NCBI GenBank assembly: GCA_963676915.2
Contig: CAXXVK010000027.1
Location: 32,001 to 96,000 of the forward strand
Source of the DNA: Myxococcota bacterium
Lineage (GTDB): Bacteria; Myxococcota_A; SURF-8; G963663525
Length of the DNA: 64,000 nt
Reading direction: 5' to 3'
The position numbers and the translations under genes are program-made. Shown here in pieces: positions 52,294 to 61,174 of the stretch (the first letter of the stretch is position 1; every line of letters starts with the position of its first letter). The notes under the pieces are model-generated. The model did no database searches. It was not told where the DNA came from and saw nothing but the letters and a program-made list of their open reading frames with translations.

Positions 52294-53685
52294 ATGTCTT
52301 CTCTTCAAAAAAAACTCCGTCTGGAAGTAAAGCGCTGTGACTTGTGGAATAACAAGCACCGACTTCTGGTGGCTTTTTCCGGCGGGTTGGACTCCACCGT
52401 TTTGTTGCACCTGCTGGTTGACGATCCCGCTATCGGGGCGGATCGGGTCGTCGCGGCGCATTTCGATCACGGCCTGCGTCCCGAATCGGCGGATGAAGCA
52501 CGGCAAGCCCTCGATTTCGCACGACAACTTCACGTTAAAACCATTACGGAAACGGCACCGGCTTTCCATGCGGGAAATCTCGAAGCCTGGGCACGATCCG
52601 AACGGTATCGTTTTTTGGAACACGCTCGATTGGAAACGGCTTGCGACCGGATCGTTACGGCGCACCATGCCGACGATCAGGCCGAAACCTTGCTGCTTCG
52701 CTTGCTACGGGGCAGCGGTCCCGATGGCTGGCGGTCGATTCACATTCGGCGCGGTTTCGTTGTTCGACCTTTATTGAATGTTCCCCGACGCGAGCTGGAA
52801 GCCTATGCCGCCAAGCACCACCTGTCGTTCATCGAGGATGCCAGCAACCAGGATATTACCTTCGCACGTAATCGTCTGAGACACGAGATTCTGCCTCGTC
52901 TCGATGCGGTGCAATCCGGTGCCGTGCAACATCTCGCCGATGCCGCACGCCGGGCTAAGGAATTGAAAGAATGGTTGGACTTGGAGGTGGAGCAATACAT
53001 CGACAAGCGTGGAGATTTTTCGAAAGATTTCATAGACTTGTCCGGCTTCGATCTCTGGCCCGCCGCACTCCGACTGGCTTTTCTACGGCGAGCGCTCCCC
53101 CGTTATCGCTCGGAGATTTCCGAGAACCGTTGGCGGGATCTGGACCGCTGGCTTTGTCGTTCCTTTGATGGAACTCGCCGATTTCCCTGGGGAAACGGTG
53201 AATTGGAATTCCATGAACAGCGTCTGCGTTACCTTGCGAACCCAACCGATGCGCTGCCTCCCGATCCCGTTTGCATTCGATGGAATCTCCCGGAAGAGTC
53301 CGAAGGGGAATTTTCGTGGGGGGATGGCAGTTTTTCGTATAACGTCATGAAATTGCAGGATGTTCCAGAATTTTCCGCGCAACCCTGGAGGAAAAACGAC
53401 CTCTTCCGAGCCTGGTTCGATGCCGATGCTTTGCCGGAAACGCTGACGCTTCGCTCGCGAAACGACGGCGACCGTCTGACGCTTCCCCACCTGGGAACCC
53501 GCCGCGTGTCGGACGTTTTCATCGATGCACGGATTCCCCGAAACGACCGCAATCGCCAGCCCTTGCTTGTCGGAGACGATGTAGTATGGATTCCCGGCCT
53601 ACGGCGTAGCGCTCAGGCGTACATCGATAGCAAAACGCAACGGATTTTGTTTTGTGAATGGATGCCGGAGAAAATAGACCGGTAA
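52294..53685 (+). CDS. tilS: tRNA(Ile2) lysidine synthetase
   Basis: VAFSGGLDS, FDHGLR, TAHHADDQAET, VRPLL, EDASN...RNRLR, TilS_C domain. Confidence 0.96.
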   Translation: MSSLQKKLRLEVKRCDLWNNKHRLLVAFSGGLDSTVLLHLLVDDPAIGADRVVAAHFDHGLRPESADEARQALDFARQLHVKTITETAPAFHAGNLEAWARSERYRFLEHARLETACDRIVTAHHADDQAETLLLRLLRGSGPDGWRSIHIRRGFVVRPLLNVPRRELEAYAAKHHLSFIEDASNQDITFARNRLRHEILPRLDAVQSGAVQHLADAARRAKELKEWLDLEVEQYIDKRGDFSKDFIDLSGFDLWPAALRLAFLRRALPRYRSEISENRWRDLDRWLCRSFDGTRRFPWGNGELEFHEQRLRYLANPTDALPPDPVCIRWNLPEESEGEFSWGDGSFSYNVMKLQDVPEFSAQPWRKNDLFRAWFDADALPETLTLRSRNDGDRLTLPHLGTRRVSDVFIDARIPRNDRNRQPLLVGDDVVWIPGLRRSAQAYIDSKTQRILFCEWMPEKIDR

Positions 53686-53717
53686 CCTTCTGGAAAGATT
53701 GGGAAATTCTATTTCGT

Positions 53718-53947
53718 TTCCCGACGATGGAGGCGGGTGCCACGGTCTTCGATTCAAAGAATCGATGGCCGTGCAACCTATTAAAATCACACGGCTCAGA
53801 CGATGGAGCAGGATTGTATCCTGGTCCAATCGTTCATGATTTCAGCACCTTGTTCGGGAAATGGATAGACAATGTAGCCAGAGCTACATCTGAGTGATTC
53901 AAAACATGAGGAAGGAGCAGGATACAATCCTGCTCCATCGTCGGGAA
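53718..53947. repeat. Family-B REP inverted dimer with a nested family-A fragment
   Basis: TTCCCGACGATGGAG (53718-53732) / CTCCATCGTCGGGAA (53933-53947); B palindromes 53805-53827 and 53914-53936; A fragment 53735-53795 between GACGATGGAG direct repeats. Confidence 0.85.
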
Positions 53948-53978
53948 TATCAGGAAAAAGCATTACCCAACCCAGATC

Positions 53979-54575
53979 CTACAGCTTCCCACGTCCCTTG
54001 ATGGCCCGACCAATGGTCACCCGGTCGAGGTATTCGATGTCGGTGCCGATGGGCATTCCCGACGAAGGCCGCGTCAGTTTCACACCGGAGGGTTCGAGCA
54101 AACGCCGCAGATAAAGCGCGGTAGCTTCGCCGTCCACCGTGGGACTGGTGGCGATGATCACCTCCCGCACCTCTTCCTCGACGATGCGAGCCAGTAGAGG
54201 TTCCACGTTGAGATGCTCGGGACCGATGCCTTTGAGCGGCGAAACCAGCCCGCCCAAAATGTGGTAACGCCCCATGAATTCGCTGCTGGCCTCGATGGCC
54301 TGAAGGTCGGGCACACCTTGGACGACGCAGAGCAATCCGACATCCCGGCGGGAATCCGAGCAGATCCGGCAGGGATCGTCCGCCGTATAGTTGCCGCAGA
54401 TCGAGCAGGCGTGAATCTCCCGCGTGACCGTCTCCAGCGCCAGCAACAATCCCTGGGACTGCTCTTTGTGGTCGAGCAGGTGGTGGGCCAGCCGCAACGC
54501 CGTTTTATGGCCAATTGTAGGCAACCGCTTGAGTTCGGCCACCAACCGTTCGATGGGATCGCCGCTGCCGTTCAC
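53979..54575 (-). CDS. recR: Recombination mediator RecR
   Basis: LPTIGHKTALRLA, CSIC...CRIC, YHILGG, EVIIAT...GEATA. Confidence 0.96.
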   Translation of the reverse strand: MNGSGDPIERLVAELKRLPTIGHKTALRLAHHLLDHKEQSQGLLLALETVTREIHACSICGNYTADDPCRICSDSRRDVGLLCVVQGVPDLQAIEASSEFMGRYHILGGLVSPLKGIGPEHLNVEPLLARIVEEEVREVIIATSPTVDGEATALYLRRLLEPSGVKLTRPSSGMPIGTDIEYLDRVTIGRAIKGRGKL

Positions 54576-54622
54576 CTGCCGTCCCTCTTTATCCTGTTGA
54601 TTTTATACGGAAAAAAGGCTTG

Positions 54623-54937
54623 TCAGAACAATCCGGGAATCTTCATTCCACCGGTGATTTTCGACATTTCTTCCTCGACGTAGCGGTTGATGTTCTCGTT
54701 GGCTACGTTGACCGCCGCGACGATCAGATCCTGCAAGGTTTCGATATCCTCGGGATCGACCACTTCCTTGTCCACGACGATTTTCAGCAACTCGTGCTTG
54801 CCGTTGACCGTCGCCGTGACCATGCCGCCACCGGCCTGGCCTTCGGCGGACTGCTCGGCAAGTTTCGCCTGGGTCTGGGCCAAACGCTGTTGCATTTGCT
54901 GGGCTTGCTTCAAAAGCTGATTCATATTGCCTTTCAT
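54623..54937 (-). CDS. ybaB: Nucleoid-associated protein YbaB/EbfC
   Basis: LKQAQQMQ, AGGGMV, DPEDIETLQDLIVAAVN; between dnaX and recR. Confidence 0.96.
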   Translation of the reverse strand: MKGNMNQLLKQAQQMQQRLAQTQAKLAEQSAEGQAGGGMVTATVNGKHELLKIVVDKEVVDPEDIETLQDLIVAAVNVANENINRYVEEEMSKITGGMKIPGLF

Positions 54938-54964
54938 CGGATTCCTTCCTTACGATAGCGTGTT

Positions 54965-56746
54965 TCAGCCGGTCGCCTCGTCGCTGTCGAGATCGTCCTG
55001 GCTGTCGAAATCTTCTTCGGGGAGCAGCGGATTGAGCACTACCTCACCGCCGCCGAATTCCTCGCGGATGGCTTTTACCGTCGGGTGATCGAGGGCTTCC
55101 TGCATCAGATCGTTTCGGGTCTGTTCCAAGTGTTTCTGCTCGATGTCCTCGACACTACGACCCTGTTCGGCATTCTCGGTTCCGAGCACGCGAAGCTCGA
55201 TCGTTTCACGGAGAAGGTCCGAAAGGATTTTCTGGGTTTCCAGGCGTTGCGCCTCGGCGCCGAAACGCTTGCGAAGGCGGTCCGAGGGAGCCGCCAACAC
55301 CAACTCGTCTCCCACCCAGGAGAGAAACTTCATCGGCCACAGGGTCAGCCACAATTCCCGGTGACTTTCCTTGAGCGTCCCGACGAGTTCCCGCCAGCGT
55401 TTGAAATTGCCACCTTTGGAAACCGCTTGAGGTTTCGAGGCTTTTTCACGATAGCGGTCGAGCGAGACGGTGTTCGGTATCTCGGTGACGGGAGGAGTCA
55501 TCGCCGGACGAGGTTCCGGCGGGATGTTCTGCGGGGCGGCTTGTTGGCCACGCATTCCGCGAGGGCTTCCTCCACCTGTGGCTCGTGCCCGGTTTTCCGT
55601 GTCGATCCAACCCTTTACGCGGTCGATCAGGTCGTCCAGCGGTCGCATGGGAGTTACATGGACCATCTTTGCCAAAGCGGTTTCGAACATCAGCCGGTCG
55701 AACGCTCCGCGAGCGATGTGGTCGTACGAGGCGTAGAGAATGTCGAACCAGCGTAACCAGACATCCTGCGCCTGAAGGCTGTTCGCCTGTCGTTTGATTT
55801 CCGCCAGTTCGGCGTCGGGAAGATCGAGCAGTTTTCCAGGATCGCGATGGTTGAGCGCCACCACGCCGTTTCGGATATGTTCGAGCAATTCCCCGCAAAA
55901 CTGCTTCAATTCGACTCCGTGGCTGGCGAGATCGTCCACCAGCTCAAACAGTCCCGCACCGTCGCCTTCGATCAATTTGCGGGTCACTTCATAGATCCGC
56001 GTCCGGTCGGCGACACCAAGCACCGTCTGAACGTCTTCCTCGGTCAACTCGCCTTCGATGTAGGCCAACACGCGATCGAGCAAAGATTGCGCATCGCGCA
56101 TCGATCCCCGAGCATAGCGGGCTACGAGGCGGATGGCTCCCTCGGTGAAGGGTACTTCCTCGGCGGTGAGCATTTTGGACAGGTGTGCGGCGATGTCCCG
56201 AGCGGGGATCATTTTGAAATCGTAGCGTTGACACCGCGAAAGGATCGTCGGTAGGATCTTGTTCGCCTCGGTGGTGGCGAAAATGAATTTCACATGCTCG
56301 GGAGGTTCTTCCAACGTCTTCAACAGCGCGTTGAAAGCTTCCTTGGTGAGCATGTGCACTTCGTCGATGATGTAGATTCGGTAGCGCGAGCGTTGAGGTC
56401 GGTACATCACGCTCTGTTGCAAGTCGCGGATGTCGTCGATACCTCGGTTCGATGCGCCGTCGATCTCGGTGACATCCACGCTGTTTCCCTGGGTGATTTC
56501 CTTGCAGGAGGCGCATTCGTTGCAGGGAACCGCCACCGGTCCATCCTCGGAGAGACAGCACAACGATTTCGCCAGAATTCGGGCCGCCGTGGTTTTTCCC
56601 ACGCCCCGAGTTCCGGTGAACAGGAAGGCATGATGAAGCTTGCCTTTGCGGATGGCGTTGGTCAGCGTCCGGGTGACGTGTTCCTGACCGATGACATCTT
56701 CGAAGGTCTGGGGACGCCATTTTCTTGCAAGTACCAGATAAGACAT
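54965..56746 (-). CDS. dnaX: DNA polymerase III subunit gamma/tau
   Basis: MSYLVLARKWRPQ, GTRGVGKTT, EIDGASNRG, IIDEVHML, ILSRCQ, GSMRDA. Confidence 0.98.
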   Translation of the reverse strand: MSYLVLARKWRPQTFEDVIGQEHVTRTLTNAIRKGKLHHAFLFTGTRGVGKTTAARILAKSLCCLSEDGPVAVPCNECASCKEITQGNSVDVTEIDGASNRGIDDIRDLQQSVMYRPQRSRYRIYIIDEVHMLTKEAFNALLKTLEEPPEHVKFIFATTEANKILPTILSRCQRYDFKMIPARDIAAHLSKMLTAEEVPFTEGAIRLVARYARGSMRDAQSLLDRVLAYIEGELTEEDVQTVLGVADRTRIYEVTRKLIEGDGAGLFELVDDLASHGVELKQFCGELLEHIRNGVVALNHRDPGKLLDLPDAELAEIKRQANSLQAQDVWLRWFDILYASYDHIARGAFDRLMFETALAKMVHVTPMRPLDDLIDRVKGWIDTENRARATGGGSPRGMRGQQAAPQNIPPEPRPAMTPPVTEIPNTVSLDRYREKASKPQAVSKGGNFKRWRELVGTLKESHRELWLTLWPMKFLSWVGDELVLAAPSDRLRKRFGAEAQRLETQKILSDLLRETIELRVLGTENAEQGRSVEDIEQKHLEQTRNDLMQEALDHPTVKAIREEFGGGEVVLNPLLPEEDFDSQDDLDSDEATG

Positions 56747-56813
56747 AGTTTTTCGCCGTTCACAAACGGTGTTGACGAGATCGGGCCAAGGGTTTCCATC
56801 GAAACAATGGAAG

Positions 56814-56914
56814 GGTGACCGGGGATTTCGCAGCACACGCAGGAGATCGCTACCGCTGCTTCCTTTCGGACCTGACGGGGTTCACGGACCTGAGTCGCAC
56901 GAAGCCCGGCCACC
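56814..56914 (-). ncRNA. ffs: Signal recognition particle RNA (small, 4.5S type)
   Basis: Minus strand GAACCCCGTCAGGTCCGAAAGGAAGCAGCGGTA core; closing stem GGTGGCCGGG/CCCGGTCACC; upstream of dnaX. Confidence 0.95.
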
Positions 56915-56990
56915 ATACGACCTCCCCGCCATGGCGGGAGGGTGCTTTCGGAATTCACCACCTGCACTCATTGCAGACGATGCTCTTTGC

Positions 56991-57020
56991 AAACTACCCC
57001 TCCGGGAGGTCTTCTGTCAA
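56991..57020 (-). promoter_or_regulatory. Sigma70 promoter for ffs-dnaX
   Basis: Minus strand TTGACA-N18-TAGTTT. Confidence 0.55.
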
Positions 57021-57062
57021 GTTGCGATAAAGTCGGAATTGGCACCGAGAACGAACGAAAAA

Positions 57063-58319
57063 CTACCAGTGCAACACTCCGTATACGCCATCGTATCCCG
57101 GTTCCATTTTGTACCGACGGGTCTTGATGCGCTCGATGGCTTCGACCACTCTTTCGTCGATCACGCCTTTCAGCGTTTCGACGACATCCCCCGGCGACAT
57201 ACGCCAGAGTTCCGCTTCGTTTCCCATCGCATCGAGAATCGCATGGTAGATGGAAAGCACGCGTTTGCTCAACGGATTTTTCACGCCAAGCGCCAGAGCG
57301 ACGACCTCAACCAGCGGAACGGCATGAACAAACGGCGGATGCTTGTGCGTCGCCTCTCCGGGATGCCGGTTGCCTCCCTGAATTTTCGAAAGATCGTAGG
57401 CGCGTTGCGCCACACCGACGGTCAGTGCCTTGCCGCAGATCGGGCAGGTTTTCGGCGCTCGATCGACATCGTAACAACATGCATGTCCGTCATGTTTCAT
57501 CTTGTCGCCGCGATGACCGGTCCAGTAATATTTTCCTTCCATGGGATTCATCTCGACGGTGCGTTCCACCTTTCGTTGACGAATGGCCTGCACGATGCCT
57601 TCGAATCCGATCTGTTCGACCCGAAGTTCAGTGTATTCCCGTCCGAGCCGATCCGGTCGGGCGGAGTGACAATCCGAATTCGATAACAATGTGAAATGAT
57701 CCAGTTCCGGAATCAGGGACAATACTTCAGGATCGGCGGACAATCCTGTTTCCACGGCATGAATCAGAAGCAACACTTCGCCGAAAACATCCGCCAGGGA
57801 ATCGACCGGATTTTTCGAACCAAGGATGCCTTCCGGGGTCATGACATGCGCCGGGAATTGTTCGATCGTTTCATGAATGTTCGCGATATTTTCCACACGT
57901 TCGCGCAATTGTTCCACCGAATCGCATGTAATGAATGGTCTTCCCACCGTGTTTTTTACATTCCAGTGTTCCATATGTTTCATCAACTCGGCAACGGTTT
58001 CGAAGGAAGGAAACAAGATGACCTGATGAAACGATTTTCGTCCTCCACAAGGATGTGGATAGGTGAAAACGACTTCGGTTTGCAATACCAGTGAAATGTC
58101 GAAGCCGGGTAGCGTCCACAATCCGGGCTTCGAAGGTTCGAGATGACGTTGTAATAGAGAAAACCACTTGGGATGCAGAGCATCCCCGGTGCCGAAGACG
58201 TCGATTCCTTTGCGAGACATGGCAGGCAGCAACTCAGGAAGTTGCATTTGTCCGACGCCCCCAGAATATCCGGAATGAGAATGAAGATCGCATACGAGAA
58301 GAGAAGAATTCGGCATCAT
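57063..58319 (-). CDS. Endonuclease Q family (PHP domain) protein
   Basis: DLHSHSGYS, GTGDALHP, PAHVMTP, VETGLSADP, SNSDCHS, LGRE, GKYY, CPICGK..TVGV, PGYDGVYG. Confidence 0.9.
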   Translation of the reverse strand: MMPNSSLLVCDLHSHSGYSGGVGQMQLPELLPAMSRKGIDVFGTGDALHPKWFSLLQRHLEPSKPGLWTLPGFDISLVLQTEVVFTYPHPCGGRKSFHQVILFPSFETVAELMKHMEHWNVKNTVGRPFITCDSVEQLRERVENIANIHETIEQFPAHVMTPEGILGSKNPVDSLADVFGEVLLLIHAVETGLSADPEVLSLIPELDHFTLLSNSDCHSARPDRLGREYTELRVEQIGFEGIVQAIRQRKVERTVEMNPMEGKYYWTGHRGDKMKHDGHACCYDVDRAPKTCPICGKALTVGVAQRAYDLSKIQGGNRHPGEATHKHPPFVHAVPLVEVVALALGVKNPLSKRVLSIYHAILDAMGNEAELWRMSPGDVVETLKGVIDERVVEAIERIKTRRYKMEPGYDGVYGVLHW

Positions 58320-58510
58320 AATTCGCTGCTTTGTGTGATGTTGAACAAGAGGATACGTTTGTTTTCAATCGCAATTGATAACATAATATTTTCCTATCAC
58401 AGATCTTTTATTTTGTTGAAATTATTGCAAAATAGTTGACATCTTACGAATAGTCCATAAAGTGAATATTATATTTTGTTTCATTTCTATCATATTTCGG
58501 AGAAACATCC

Positions 58511-59236
58511 ATGCGCGCCTTCAAAGAACTATCATCTTTTCTCGAAAAACAGATCCTGGCCATTCAATCCCAATGGAATGAAGCATTGGGCGAGCAGTCG
58601 AGCGACCTCGAACAGCTCCAAGCTCGGTATCTCGAACTACTCGACCTTAAAACCGATCTCGATCAATTTCGTGAAAAACTGATGGCTATAGGCGAAACCG
58701 TAGAAACTCCTGTAGTGAAAAAAGCGAAACCGGCCAAGAAAACGGCGAGCAAAGCGAAAACGAAAAAAGCTCCTGCTGCCAAAAAATCGAAGAGCAAAGG
58801 GCCGAAACGCGCCAACGCCTACCCCAAAGGAACCGTTTTTCAGGCCAATTACAAAAAGACTCCGATCAATGTGATCGTCACGGCGGACAAAACCCTGGAC
58901 TACAAGGGAAAAACCTTCAAGTCCATGCGTGAACTTTCAATGTACCTCAACAACGGTGTACCGTCGTATCTCGCCAGTTTGAAAAACTGGAACATCCTCC
59001 CTCCGGGAAAAGCTCCGGCTATTGTGGAAACTCCGAAAAAAGCCAAAAAGGCAGCTCCGGCAAAAAAGAAAAAACAAGCGGTGAAAAAAGCGGCACCAAA
59101 AGCCAAAAAAGCTGAGAAAAAAGCCGCTCTTGCTACTCCCGTAAAAGACAAAGTCCCAGAAAAAAAAGTAAGTACACCCAACCCGCAAAAAGCTGACAAC
59201 AAAGCCACCGAAACAGGTCAAGAACCGAAAAAATAA
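58511..59236 (+). CDS. Basic DNA-binding-like protein: coiled coil + RAMA/DUF2924-like domain + H1-like K/A/P tails
   Basis: Heptad-rich N-terminus; PAKK/KKA repeats; YPKGTVF..YKK...VTADKTLDYKGKTFKSM...W. Confidence 0.7.
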   Translation: MRAFKELSSFLEKQILAIQSQWNEALGEQSSDLEQLQARYLELLDLKTDLDQFREKLMAIGETVETPVVKKAKPAKKTASKAKTKKAPAAKKSKSKGPKRANAYPKGTVFQANYKKTPINVIVTADKTLDYKGKTFKSMRELSMYLNNGVPSYLASLKNWNILPPGKAPAIVETPKKAKKAAPAKKKKQAVKKAAPKAKKAEKKAALATPVKDKVPEKKVSTPNPQKADNKATETGQEPKK

Positions 59237-59316
59237 CGATCCTTGCGGTTTTCCCTGGACGTTTCGAGGCGGATGCGTTGGTATTACGGTAGTTGAAAAC
59301 CACCTTCGGGATAGGA

Positions 59317-60033
59317 ATGATGAAAAACGCTCGTTTGCTTCGAAACGTTTCGGTTTGCTTCCTTTTTTTGGCGCTTTGTTTCGTTCTTGTGGGATATGTC
59401 GAAAGTCTGGAGGAACTGACCCAGCCGTTCTTCAAACACATGGAACGCTGGGAAGGCGTGCAGGTCACGATGGAACGCATCGACCCGTCGGCGGAGTCTT
59501 CCGCACCCCGGCAACACCTCCAGCTTTCGGTGTTTTTTCCCGGAAACGTTCGTCTCGAAACCCTGGGAGACGATGCGGCTGCCATTCGAACGTCCAAGGG
59601 GAAAACCAACGATGCATTTCGCGGCTTGCCGTCACATGTGAGAACGTTTCTCGATCTGTATCCTTCATTGACAAGTTATGATCGATTCGCTCGTGTGTTG
59701 AAAAAACACGGCATCGCCACAACACCCACTCGGTTGGATCGGATCGGCAAGCAGGTTTGTCTCGTGGCGGGGGCAACCGCCGATCAGCCCGGAAAACCTC
59801 AAGTCTGGCTGGACAAATGGCGAGCGGCTCCCGTGCGCGTGCTTGCCGAGGGAAACGACGAAAAAGCCCTACGTCTGGAATTGCACAATTGGACCAGCCC
59901 CGTCACTGACGACCGCTTCCCGCAAGTCATCGATTTCATATTGGATGAAAACGTGGTCGAACGTTGGGAGACGATTTCGGTAAAACGACTCGACAAACCG
60001 GGCAAACTTTTCAAACTGGAAGAAAAAAAATAA
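59317..60033 (+). CDS. Exported protein, possibly LolA-like fold
   Basis: N-terminal signal/TM; FPGNVRLET, QVWLDK...PVR, RFPQVI; fold call by resemblance. Confidence 0.55.
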   Translation: MMKNARLLRNVSVCFLFLALCFVLVGYVESLEELTQPFFKHMERWEGVQVTMERIDPSAESSAPRQHLQLSVFFPGNVRLETLGDDAAAIRTSKGKTNDAFRGLPSHVRTFLDLYPSLTSYDRFARVLKKHGIATTPTRLDRIGKQVCLVAGATADQPGKPQVWLDKWRAAPVRVLAEGNDEKALRLELHNWTSPVTDDRFPQVIDFILDENVVERWETISVKRLDKPGKLFKLEEKK

Positions 60034-60038
60034 TTTCC

Positions 60039-61001
60039 TTATTTTTCGGAAGTTTCCGCGCCTTCCGGGATCAATTCCTGATCTCGAATCATTTGCAGGT
60101 CGTCGTTCAGATGGCGTCCTCGGGTGGTTAGATAGTTGCCGATCATCATCCCGTTGGCGCCTGCCAGAAAGATCCAGGACTGCATCTCGCGCAAATTGAA
60201 CTCTCGCCCTCCCGCGATGCGAATTTCTTTGTCCGGCATCATCAACCGTGTCACGGCAATGGCTTTTAACGCTTCCGTCGGTGTGAGATCGTGCTTGCCT
60301 TCCAGTGGGGTGCCATCGATGGGAACAAGGAAGTTCAGCGGTACGCTATCCACATCGAGATCTCGAATGGTTTCCAGCAGTTCCACGCGCTGCTCGGCGT
60401 TCTCTCCAAGGCCGAAAATTCCTCCGCAGCAGATCGACAACCCGGCTTTTTTCGCAGTACGGACCGTTTCTACCGCTTGATCGTAGGGATGGGTGGTGCA
60501 GATATTCGGAAAATGGCTACGAGCCGTTTCCAGGTTGTGGTGAAATCGTTCCAGGCCGGAACGACGCAAGAAGATCAGTTCGTCTTCCTTGAGCATTCCA
60601 AGCGAGGCGCATGGCGTTACCGTACCTTCTTCCTTCATGCGGGAGATGGCACGAGCCAGCGTTTCCAGGTCGCGGCCCGGACGCACTGCTGTTCCCGAGG
60701 TAACCAGTCCCAGCCTTTCGGCTTTGTCGCGACTCGCATTTCGTGCCGCTTCGAGCATCGTGTCTTCGTCCACCAGCGGCCAACGTTCGATCGGAGCGCG
60801 ATTGCGGGACGACTGAGCACAGAACGCGCAGTCTTCGGCACAACCACCGCAACGGGCGTTTAGAATGGCGCACAATTGCACATGATGACCGAAATGTTTT
60901 TCACGCAACCGACCGGCGCGGGCCAGGAGGTCGTAGAAATCGCTTCCGGTAGCATGGATGCGTTCGAGGGCTTCCTCGGTGGAGATACCGTTTCGGCTCA
61001 T
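60039..61001 (-). CDS. bioB: Biotin synthase
   Basis: CAEDCAFCAQSS radical-SAM motif, CASLG, HHNLET, CCGGIFGLGE, SVPLNFL, RIAGGRE, GNYLTT. Confidence 0.97.
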   Translation of the reverse strand: MSRNGISTEEALERIHATGSDFYDLLARAGRLREKHFGHHVQLCAILNARCGGCAEDCAFCAQSSRNRAPIERWPLVDEDTMLEAARNASRDKAERLGLVTSGTAVRPGRDLETLARAISRMKEEGTVTPCASLGMLKEDELIFLRRSGLERFHHNLETARSHFPNICTTHPYDQAVETVRTAKKAGLSICCGGIFGLGENAEQRVELLETIRDLDVDSVPLNFLVPIDGTPLEGKHDLTPTEALKAIAVTRLMMPDKEIRIAGGREFNLREMQSWIFLAGANGMMIGNYLTTRGRHLNDDLQMIRDQELIPEGAETSEK

Positions 61002-61117
61002 GGATCGTCCTTTTCGTATCCTCGTTAACAAGGGGAAACAAACGGGAACCAGCCCTTTTATAGTCGAGCTTTTACGAAATGAAAAGGAAGGATCGCAGGC
61101 AACGTTCTCATCCTACG

Positions 61118-61156
61118 AAAAACGCCCCCGTGTTGTGCACACGAGGGCGAAAAAAA
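61118..61156. terminator. Intrinsic terminator after the beta-propeller gene
   Basis: Minus strand CGCCCTCGTGT-GCACA-ACACGGGGGCG followed by T5. Confidence 0.75.
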
Positions 61157-61174
61157 GCAGGTTGTGAGTTCGAG

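Noticed and set aside
55435-55455. Programmed -1 frameshift site in dnaX
   Set aside because: Only GAAAAAG is present, not the canonical A_AAA_AAG heptamer
61015-61060. BirA operator upstream of bioB
   Set aside because: Only one half-site-like TTGTTAAC is visible, with no partner at the expected spacing
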